A DNA stretch of 15,048 nucleotides from an uncultured Nitrososphaeraceae archaeon (GCA_963765895.1 CAVXZB010000039.1:1-15048); one strand, 5' to 3'. Positions 1 through 7,418 are shown, counted from the first letter of the stretch. Notes: generated by a model from the sequence alone, not told the origin. Translations and numbers: made by a program.

Positions 1-77
1 TCTACATTCATGAAATATTTCAAGACACGTGGGACAGACGCTCGAACTTCCCTACTAAGATCTATTCGAACAGTCAT
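1..77 (-). CDS. 5' end of a gene running off the window; possibly SRPBCC/polyketide cyclase (START-like) family protein
   Basis: ATG at 77 opens MTVRIDLSREVRASVPRVLKYFMNV(E) with no stop before the window edge. The pattern resembles the SRPBCC N-terminus (strand, 'I.A..e.Vf.y..d.e'). Only 25 codons are visible. Confidence 0.5.
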   Translation of the reverse strand, partial: MTVRIDLSREVRASVPRVLKYFMNV

Positions 78-266
78 GACTACATCTCTATGTTAATTAT
101 AGTTATCCTTCTATATTAAAGATTTTAACCAACTATTTCTGTGAATTAGAATATTATCAAGTTAGTAAATGGACTGTTTGATCAATACATATTAGTAACT
201 AGGATCTTGGTCGAAGGATATGCTTTTAAATCCTTTGTCGAATTAGTTAACAAGGTTAATCAATCC

Positions 267-290
267 TATTTAACTTCGTTTAGTTAAATA
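267..290. promoter_or_regulatory. Perfect 9-bp inverted repeat TATTTAACT-N6-AGTTAAATA overlapping the putative TATA box (TTAAATA, 284-290) of the HTH gene
   Basis: 267-275 TATTTAACT is the exact reverse complement of 282-290 AGTTAAATA. The TATA-like box starts 28 nt upstream of ATG 312, the typical spacing for a leaderless archaeal transcript. Confidence 0.5.
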
Positions 291-311
291 TATCAAGATA
301 GAAATAAAAAG

Positions 312-512
312 ATGTCGTTATCTGACAATACTTCATCACAACTACTAGGGAATGGAACAATATCTAAAGATAAAAAACAAGTTGTTATGAATCTATACGA
401 ATCTGGCATCGCTGAGGAATTTATTGCCATGCAGCTTGATTTAGAGATTCCAACAGTTATCAGAATCTTGAAAGAATATGATATTTACAAAGTATATTCC
501 GGGGAAAAGTGA
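312..512 (+). CDS. Small helix-turn-helix DNA-binding protein (66 aa)
   Basis: 'KKQVVMNLYESGIAEEFIAMQLDLEIPTVIRILKEY' fits the HTH pattern (LY..G.s..eIA..L.l...TV.riL). A TATA box lies upstream. Confidence 0.75.
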   Translation: MSLSDNTSSQLLGNGTISKDKKQVVMNLYESGIAEEFIAMQLDLEIPTVIRILKEYDIYKVYSGEK

Positions 513-626
513 AATATCTAAATTAAGAAAGATTAGTTGATTGCACTATTTCAATTCCCGTATACTGAACTGATTACTACTCATCTTAGCTTTACTCATC
601 ATTGAGAATACTTGTGATGATTATGA

Positions 627-902
627 AATATAGATAAAGTTACAATGGCGCATATACACCAAGGTAAGATTGGAGAAAACGGCTCAGTTGCAGTTACTCT
701 TATTATATTTCAAAAATACTAACTAATGGCCCAGTAAATGGACAATTAGTGCAAGGTGATATATCTACTAGCAAACTTGAAGGACGGTTGAAAGGAATAC
801 AAATATCTAATATGACTAAACTTATAGAAGTAACAATGCATACGTAAATGTTCATACTAAATAAATCCGAATGGCGAAATTAGAGGACAGATTTCAAAAT
901 AA
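627..902 (+). pseudogene. Degraded CHRD-domain protein
   Basis: Stitching frames gives NIDKVTMAHIHQGKIGENGSVAVTL / TNGPVNGQLVQGDISTSKLEGRLKGIQISNMTKLIE / NNAYVNVHTK / NPNGEIRGQISK*. This has the CHRD signatures AHIH.G..G.NG.V and YVNVHT..NP.GEIRGQI. At least three frameshifts. A hydrophobic remnant LLLILALLII lies just upstream (~574-603). Confidence 0.85.
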
Positions 903-1187
903 GCGATGCCAAAAATATATAATCTATCAAAATAGTCCAAATATTCGCCTGCATCTCCGGCATCTACTACGTTTATGAATTGACTCGCTCAGCTAGAATG
1001 CACTCAAATGACAAGTCGCATGTGTTAGATATACTATGGTCAAACAATAAAATGTGTATGCCAATCAGATAAACCAAATTTGACTATTGCCAAATTAGGA
1101 TATCTTTTCGACACTAACTGTCATAAATTTCCTAAACCAGGGTATGTACTGGTACTGCTAAAGTACCTTAAACATCATAATGGTGTT

Positions 1188-1633
1188 ATGATTAATTGCA
1201 CATATTTCATAACAATAATTAACAATGCTAGAGTGGCCAGACTTGATACGATTGATTCAGGACTTAAACCATATTTGGTGCCAGTTGTATTTGTATATGA
1301 CAATGATGGTAGTTATTATATACCAATAGATAAAAAATTTAAACAGAGCTCATAACTTGGAAGATTAAAACGGGTAAAGAATATTGAGGCAAATCCAAAT
1401 GTTGCCTTGCTCACAGATGAACATACTGAAGAATGGGCGAAACTTTATTTTATTATGATCCAAGGAATAGCTTTACCGGTGGGTAGCAAGTCTGAACAAG
1501 ATCAAAGTCAAAATCACATAGAGAGGACCCATAAACTATTGTCCGAAAATATTTTCAGTATCGTGAGGTTGGAATTGGGGAATATATTATAATGATATAT
1601 CCACAAAAGGTAATTATCTGGACAAACAAATAA
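1188..1633 (+). pseudogene. PPOX-class putative F420-dependent oxidoreductase (Rv0121/TIGR03668-like), disrupted
   Basis: ORFs 1080..1355 and 1407..1592 share a frame and are separated by one TAA (1353-1355): ...ARVARLDTIDSGLKPYLVPVVFVYD...IPIDKKFKQSS*LGRLKRVKNIEANPNVALLTDEHTEEWAKLYFIMIQGIA... A 1-nt loss in the A-run 1546-1549 hides the C-terminus (K)YFQYREVGIGEYIIMIYPQKVIIWTNK* (stop 1631-1633). Confidence 0.85.
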
Positions 1634-1821
1634 ACTATGTTAATTTTGATATCGATAATACTATTTTTATATATATTTTGTTATTGGGTTGTATTATGAA
1701 AAACCATCGTGAACAAAATTCAAATTACTTTCAAGGAAGTATGAAAGATCTTTTAATCTGCTCAGACCAGATTTTTACATATATGGAAATAAGAAAACAT
1801 GAATAATAACTATCCCACTAC

Positions 1822-1829
1822 TTTATAGA
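1822..1829 (+). promoter_or_regulatory. Putative TATA box of the helicase gene
   Basis: TTTATAGA starts 26 nt upstream of ATG 1848, consistent with a leaderless archaeal transcript. Confidence 0.4.
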
Positions 1830-1847
1830 AGATTAGATAGAATAATC

Positions 1848-4172
1848 ATGCCTGATGATATACGTGAAAATAATAATTATGTAAGCCACCCTCTTATACG
1901 AAATAGCAGTGTTGAATTTAGATTGTATCAAAGCAACATATCTAAATCTGCATTTAGCAAAAATACTCTCGTAATACTTCCCACAGCCCTTGGTAAGACT
2001 ATCATTTCGTTACTTGTGTGTGTAGATACGCTATATAATTATAGGGATAAACGTGTCCTAATCATGGCTCCGACCAGGCCGCTTGTTACCCAGCATATGA
2101 AATCGTTCTCTTCGAGTCTAAAACTGATGAGCGAACAAACAGTGGCTGTCACAGGGAAAATTATCCCGTATTTGAGAAGAATAATATGGGATAAATCAGA
2201 CATCAGGCTTGTTTTTGCAACACCGGAAGTCGTGAAGAATGATATCGAAGAAGGCAGATTGTCACTAACCGACTTTATGTTATTGATCTTTGATGAGGCA
2301 CACAGGGCTGTGAAAGATTATGCATATACATTCATAGCTAAAGAATACATGAAGCAGTCGATCTATCCATTAATTCTCGCTCTAACTGCGAGTCCAGGCT
2401 CAGACAAACAGAGAATGCAAGAAATCTGTGACAATTTATTTATTGAGCATTTAGAGTACAGAAATGAAGAAGACCAGGATGTAAGACAATATATTAATCC
2501 GGTTGAAATTGAATGGAAATTCTTTGATCTACCCCCGGAATATCAATATATCAGATCGAATTTGAGAAGCATGCTTGATGAAAAGATTAAATGGTTAATT
2601 CAGCACAAATTACTATTACGAAAGAATACAAGATGGGTCTTTAAGCGGGACTTGATCAATGTAGGTGAGCAAATTCGAAACAATTTAGAGATTACATCCG
2701 AACAAGAAAGACGGCCGTTGTATATTGCTTTAATGCAGCAATCCTTAGCTCTGTCGTTGATGTACTGTTCTGAGCTGATCGAAAGTCAAGGATCTTATTC
2801 TCTCAAAGCATTTCTTGATAGGATTGAAGATGTTAGCGAAGTTGGTCGTAAATCTCATCAGTCACTAATGAAAGACACGAGAATAAAAGAAATACAAACA
2901 CTCGTGAATAAATTAGCAATAGATCATCCTAAGCTTCGTTATATCGTAAATATACTAAAAAACAAACATCATGATACTTCTAGTTCGTGTCCAGCTGCTA
3001 AAGTCGAAAAATATAATCAATTTAACCATCAAGAAAAACTAGACCACGAACTGAAACATCCTCATCATACTAATCATGCAGTATTGAATAATCTACAAAC
3101 TAATTCTAATGTCCTGATATTTACGCAATATAGAGATACTGCAAGGCGCATCGTAGAGGTACTTTCAGAAAATGGAATCAAAGCCTCAAGGTTTGTAGGA
3201 CAAGCAAAGAGACGAGGAGACGTCGGAATGAAACAAGATGAACAAACATCTGTACTAGATTCATTTAGAAATGGTGAGTTTAACATACTCGTCGCAACTT
3301 CCATTGCTGAAGAAGGTCTTGATATACCTGAGGTTGATTTAGTAATATTTTATGAACCTATTCCAAGCGACATACGGTATATCCAGAGGAAAGGTAGAAC
3401 TGGAAGAAAGTCCGCAGGCTCAGTTGTTATACTTGCAGCGAAAGATACTATAGATGAACGTTATCTTCAAGGTAGCAAAAAACGTGTTGAGAAAATGAAT
3501 CAGACTCTTTCTTCACTCAGTATGTCACTTAAATCAATCGATAGGAATCCCCTATCTACCGACCCGATGACATTAGATGATCTATCTTTAATTGAAGCGA
3601 CAGAATCGATAAACCAAAGATCGAAAGCAGAAAAAACTGAAGCATTCATAATTGGCAAGAATACTAATAGTTCATACGTTACTACTCCTAATGATATAAG
3701 TTCGCAAGGCAAAATGAATTCTTCATTGTCCTTAGCCACGGATACGTTAACAACTAATTTTAGGCAGCAAGTTGACAAGGCGGCAAGAAGAATTAATTCG
3801 TTGTTGGTTTCAACAGGAAATACTGAATTGAATTTCAATGATATATGTGAATATATTAATGCTACAAATAATTCTGTGGTTATAGAAGCACTCAACAAAC
3901 TCGAAAAACTACGAAGAATAGAATGGATTGACGATAGTACGATCGCCCTTATTAAGGACTCAATTTCTGGGAAAACGTATGATGTCTATGTCGAAAAGAT
4001 TATGGAAGGACGAGCAATCGTAATGGTAAACGGTAAATGGCGAGCAAGACTATATCATTATGATTATGAAGGATCTAGATCACTTCTCAAGAAGGGTAAA
4101 GAATTTAGAGCCCTAGGTGAGTTATACCGGAATGATGGCATATTAAATCTGCGTGTAAAACAGATAGTGTGA
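1848..4172 (+). CDS. Hef/Mph1/FANCM-like (ERCC4-related) SF2 DEAH-box helicase, no recognisable nuclease domain, with a C-terminal extension
   Basis: N-terminal 'YVSHPLI...VEFRLYQ', motif I LPTALGKT, Ia APTRPLVTQH, Ib ATPEVVKND, II DEAH, III TASPG, HPKL, IV IFTQYRDT, 'RFVGQA...GMKQDEQ', V ATSIAEEGLDI and VI QRKGRTGR are all characteristic of archaeal Hef helicases. No ERKxxxD nuclease motif is seen. Confidence 0.93.
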   Translation: MPDDIRENNNYVSHPLIRNSSVEFRLYQSNISKSAFSKNTLVILPTALGKTIISLLVCVDTLYNYRDKRVLIMAPTRPLVTQHMKSFSSSLKLMSEQTVAVTGKIIPYLRRIIWDKSDIRLVFATPEVVKNDIEEGRLSLTDFMLLIFDEAHRAVKDYAYTFIAKEYMKQSIYPLILALTASPGSDKQRMQEICDNLFIEHLEYRNEEDQDVRQYINPVEIEWKFFDLPPEYQYIRSNLRSMLDEKIKWLIQHKLLLRKNTRWVFKRDLINVGEQIRNNLEITSEQERRPLYIALMQQSLALSLMYCSELIESQGSYSLKAFLDRIEDVSEVGRKSHQSLMKDTRIKEIQTLVNKLAIDHPKLRYIVNILKNKHHDTSSSCPAAKVEKYNQFNHQEKLDHELKHPHHTNHAVLNNLQTNSNVLIFTQYRDTARRIVEVLSENGIKASRFVGQAKRRGDVGMKQDEQTSVLDSFRNGEFNILVATSIAEEGLDIPEVDLVIFYEPIPSDIRYIQRKGRTGRKSAGSVVILAAKDTIDERYLQGSKKRVEKMNQTLSSLSMSLKSIDRNPLSTDPMTLDDLSLIEATESINQRSKAEKTEAFIIGKNTNSSYVTTPNDISSQGKMNSSLSLATDTLTTNFRQQVDKAARRINSLLVSTGNTELNFNDICEYINATNNSVVIEALNKLEKLRRIEWIDDSTIALIKDSISGKTYDVYVEKIMEGRAIVMVNGKWRARLYHYDYEGSRSLLKKGKEFRALGELYRNDGILNLRVKQIV

Positions 4173-4773
4173 CTGATCTCAAAATGTTACAAGGAATACT
4201 GATAGCTAGGAAAGCAAAATATTCAACATTGATATTGAATCAGCTAGTCACCACCACCAACGTAAAAAGCTTAGTTACGATAGATATTAGTCGGCGAAGC
4301 TCCAGCTAAAGGTAAAACTGCCTGGGACGATCAGAAAACAAAGAAGGCTTGTCAGAAGAAGCTATTATAGATGGAGTAAATATAGTTCCAAATATCGGAA
4401 CAAAACTTATGTTTTATTGTTATCAGCCATCTAATAATGGATATTTGATGAAGTCAATATCCAAGAAGATATACAATTCTAGATATAATGTCCCAGATGA
4501 ATAATCTTTGGAAATTGAATAATTATTGGAAAATAATAATCTTTAAATTTTTACGAATTTATGTGTCAGGAAATATATCTAAAATAATATTGAGCTAGAA
4601 TAGGTTAAATACAAAAATATTAATGAGATGTCAACTTAACTACAAGTTTTATTATTCTAATTTTATCTTATTTGCTCAATATTTTTTCTATTCCAAAAGT
4701 AAACCTTCTTATTTTTACAAATTCTACAATGAAACCCGTATATAGTATAAAATTGAAGATATGTGTTGCAGTT

Positions 4774-4911
4774 ATGTGTGACTACATAGATTATGACCTA
4801 AAATATAGGCATAGAATTAGAAGCAAAATTACAGAAGAGGATCAAGACTTAACTAGAATAGATCAAGAAGAGATAGAACAAGAAGAACAACCTATTGCTA
4901 TGACTCACTAG
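4774..4911 (+). CDS. Small acidic hypothetical protein (45 aa, MCDYIDYDLKYRHRI...EEQPIAMTH)
   Basis: ATG 4774 is more plausible than the track's TTG 4672. A TATA-like TATATAGTATAA lies at ~4739-4750, the composition is purine-rich and coding-like, and a T-rich tract follows. Confidence 0.6.
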   Translation: MCDYIDYDLKYRHRIRSKITEEDQDLTRIDQEEIEQEEQPIAMTH

Positions 4912-4949
4912 ATCATAAGTAGCAAGTAAAGAGATTTAGATAAAATCAC

Positions 4950-4961
4950 TCTTTTCTTTTT
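4950..4961 (+). terminator. Oligo-T tract, possible archaeal intrinsic terminator
   Basis: TCTTTTCTTTTT about 40 nt after the stop at 4911. Confidence 0.35.
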
Positions 4962-5132
4962 ATAAATATTATTTGTCAGCTAAGGGATTAAATCAGAGTT
5001 CCCAATAGCTGCTCTGTCATTTAATTGATTCTGCAATAAATAATATTGATTATAATCACTATTATGCAACCATCATCTTATCGAAAAAATAGATCAAATA
5101 CTAATAATGTGGTAACTTAGGTGACAATCGGA

Positions 5133-5264
5133 ATGAAACGTTGTATATACTGCTCACTACCACAAGCACCGTTATTGAAACAACTTGACGATGGTAAAAA
5201 TTATTACTGGACTGACTTATGTGTTCCTGGGCATGACCATGAATTTGTTGAAGTAAAAGAATGA
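5133..5264 (+). CDS. Putative Zn-binding microprotein (43 aa)
   Basis: MKRCIYCSLPQAPLLKQLDDGKNYYWTDLCVPGHDHEFVEVKE*: CxxC near the N-terminus and C-x3-H-x-H near the C-terminus. Below the ORF-track cutoff. Confidence 0.6.
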   Translation: MKRCIYCSLPQAPLLKQLDDGKNYYWTDLCVPGHDHEFVEVKE

Positions 5265-5275
5265 GGAAGTAAATA

Positions 5276-5455
5276 ATGAAAATTTTTATCGTTGTGTTCG
5301 AAGAATATGCACACGGGTCCAAGATACTAGAAGACTCAAAGGTATTTCTTGATAAAAACCAAGCCCAGCAATTCTGCGACTCTCTCAATGCCGAACCTAG
5401 TGATTGGTGGGAAGATAACGAACATTACTTCGTCAAAGAGATGCCAATCTCCTAA
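5276..5455 (+). CDS. Small hypothetical protein (59 aa), resembling short virus/plasmid-type proteins
   Basis: MKIFIVVFEEYAHGSKILEDSKVFLDKNQAQQFCDSLNAEPSDWWEDNEHYFVKEMPIS*. It starts 11 nt after the previous stop, with an SD-like GAGGAAG at 5263-5269. The pattern is beta-beta-alpha-beta ('MK.y.V...VF..k..A..f....y.v.e'). Confidence 0.65.
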   Translation: MKIFIVVFEEYAHGSKILEDSKVFLDKNQAQQFCDSLNAEPSDWWEDNEHYFVKEMPIS

Positions 5456-5590
5456 TATAGAATGCACGTAAATGCAGGACTATTGCGACATTTTTCCTCC
5501 TAGAATTCTTCTCCCAGTAACAGCATAACCAATACCGTTATGAAGAGTGTTAAAAGATATTAGACTATGATGGTTTTCGATAATATTAAG

Positions 5591-5737
5591 ATGGCTGACA
5601 ATAAATATGGCACGATCAACCAACGAGGTCGGTATATTCGCAAAGCCGAATACGAGATGCCTATATCCGCTCTTCGTCTTTCAATTGTTATACGTGGCAT
5701 GATAAGAAACTATGAAAGGCGTGACTTTGTTGTATGA
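5591..5737 (+). CDS. Small basic hypothetical protein (48 aa)
   Basis: MADNKYGTINQRGRYIRKAEYEMPISALRLSIVIRGMIRNYERRDFVV*. Co-oriented with its neighbours and more GC-rich than the flanks by eye. No family recognised. Confidence 0.4.
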   Translation: MADNKYGTINQRGRYIRKAEYEMPISALRLSIVIRGMIRNYERRDFVV

Positions 5738-5770
5738 ATTCATAAAATAATCTAACAACTTTAGTTAAAA

Positions 5771-5950
5771 GTGTATACTCCTCACATACGGCGAACAAGT
5801 TATAATTATTGCGAAGCATATAAGATACAGATCAAAGTCAGCATTTGTGTGGCCCATGGCGATTGTCTAGCCCAATAGAGTTATATTAGTTGCAATAGAT
5901 GTGGTCTTATCTTAGACTTGATTGAGGTTAAACCAGTAACCATTAATTAG
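5771..5950 (+). pseudogene. Cys-rich Zn-ribbon-like microprotein with an internal TAG
   Basis: From GTG: (M)YTPHIRRTSYNYCEAYKIQIKVSICVAHGDCLAQ*SYISCNRCGLILDLIEVKPVTIN*. The in-frame TAG at 5876-5878 precedes a CxxCG motif. Confidence 0.4.
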
Positions 5951-6061
5951 AGATTTTATCTATTGCTGATATGACATGGAACGATAGGTCCGGTTCATAC
6001 AATCATGAAATGTACCAGTTTTCTATTTGCATAATACTTTTATTTTGTATTATTGTATAGG

Positions 6062-6305
6062 ATATTAATCATCAAAAGTTTGTTCGTCGTTGGAATTCTA
6101 TTCTATCCCTCACATATTTTTCCAATCCGGTTCAACGGCGGCATTTGCTCAGATATAGCAACTTACCTACATCGATAAAGATGGATATGCGACATTTACT
6201 GTACAAATAGGACCTCGATCAAGTAGTGGAATTTATAATACCAATCTAGAAATCAGAAAAGACAATTACGATTCAAAGATACAGAAATCCAAGCAGTATA
6301 AATAA
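6062..6305 (+). pseudogene. Remnant of a secreted Ig-like protein
   Basis: Hydrophobic ILIIKSLFVVGILF, then in another frame STAAFAQI*QLTYIDKDGYATFTVQIGPRSSSGIYNTNLEIRKDNYDSKIQKSKQYK*. This gives an AFA|Q signal cleavage-like site and a 'D.dG.atft..igp....G.y' beta-sandwich motif. Confidence 0.4.
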
Positions 6306-6328
6306 ATATTTTATTAATTATTTATTTA

Positions 6329-6373
6329 TCTGACTTATTTTTTGGTCTAATTTGTAACAAGTCAGAGTTTTTT
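6329..6373. terminator. Inverted repeat with T-tracts between convergent genes
   Basis: TCTGACTT (6329-6336) and AAGTCAGA (6359-6366), followed by GTTTTTT. Confidence 0.3.
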
Positions 6374-6428
6374 GCTGGTTCATTCATAGTATAATAGAAC
6401 TTTACCGATGTCAAATTTAGTACTCCTC

Positions 6429-7418
6429 CTATGATATCCTTTTGATTTGATACGCAGGATGCAACTCAGCATGTCCTCCTTCACGTATGTCTATTACATA
6501 TATTCCAGTAACCTGTACACGGCTCCCTACGTTTGGCAACACTTTTTTTAAAGTTAGGGCCATCATATTTAGGTACCTTACATTGATTTATCTTTACAGG
6601 ATCTTTTGAACTATTTTTCCCTGGCACACTACTTCAATATGTAATGCACCGTTTAATTTTTTATTATTCATATTTGCTGGAGTCAAAAGTGAATTATACC
6701 ATTTATCAAGTTTAATGTTAAAGTTAGCATCTCCATCAGTGTTAATATAATGGGTCCATGTGACCTTCCCAGTTACAGTAACACAATTGCCTACGATAAA
6801 ACGTGTTGTGCCCAAGTCTTTCATAAATGGATTAGGTACGAATTTTTCTAGGCTACCATTAGGTGTACACTGATCACTTTTAAATGGTAAACTATCTGGT
6901 ATGACAAGATTTGCTTTAAGTGCCTGAGCTTCTGAGACAGTCAAGGCTTGCTCTGCCTCATCCCCAGTGTCAATCTCTTGCCCATCTCCTTCTTGAACAC
7001 CTGTCCTATTTTCAGTGGAATTAGTATATTGTGATAATGAAGATGAAGGCAAGTAGATATTATTACCATTAGCATATGTCCCATTATTTGGCATAGGCGC
7101 GGTATTATTAGTATTATTGTTTAGACTATTCTTAGATTCTACAGTAGTGTTGTTATCTTGGGACACCGTTGAATTAGAAAATGTGATTGTTGATCCGACA
7201 GTCGGACTAGCAATAGATTCAAATACTTTTGTCGAATTTGTGAAGTTTCCATCATTGAGGTCCTCGTTGGCATAAACAACCGCATTGTTACTAGTAATAT
7301 TCTGACCATAAACCATGTCAATACTAGAATGAAAATAACCAACAGATACGAGTATTATAGAAACTAGTAACGTGGTACTAAGGTTAGATAATAATTGAAA
7401 ATCATCCTTTCTTTGCAT
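6429..7418 (-). pseudogene. Secreted Asn/Ser/Thr-rich protein with a C-terminal conserved-looking beta domain; apparent double frameshift near the 3' end
   Basis: ATG 7418 (MQRKDD), hydrophobic signal/TM LLVSIILVSVGYF, many N-x-S/T sequons, then CVTVTGKV...DGDANFNIKLD...LHIEVVCQGK. Past the TAA at 6594 the domain continues as NSSKDPVKINQCKVPKYDGPNFKK (-1 frame) and VLPNVGSRVQVTGIYVIDIREGGHAELHPAYQIKRIS* (back in frame 0, stop 6429-6431). The indels sit in runs at 6614-6618 and 6543-6549. Confidence 0.75.

Noticed and set aside
905-1075. Minus-strand peptide QFINVVDAGDAGEYLDYFDRLY
   Set aside because: No start codon context or recognisable family; could be chance.
1080-1187. N-terminal extension of the track ORF 1080..1355
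   Set aside because: PPOX similarity begins only after ATG 1188; the upstream TTG-started part is probably non-coding.
2959-3110. Possible mini-intein in the helicase insertion
   Set aside because: Too short, with no Cys/Ser start block or His-Asn|Cys/Ser/Thr C-terminal junction.
3074-3898. Minus-strand ORFs 3074..3304 and 3500..3898
   Set aside because: Antisense shadows inside the well-supported helicase gene, with no motifs.
4250-4545. Coding-like fragments (LVGEAPAKGKTAWDDQK; ENKEGLSEEAIIDGVNIVPNIGTKLMFY...)
   Set aside because: May be an old pseudogene, but I cannot assign a family, start or end.
5101-5388. 95-aa minus-strand ORF from the track
   Set aside because: Overlaps two more protein-like plus-strand microORFs (5133-5264, 5276-5455); probably their antisense shadow.
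7139-7342. 67-aa alternative-frame ORF
   Set aside because: Nested out of frame within the secreted protein gene; no independent support.
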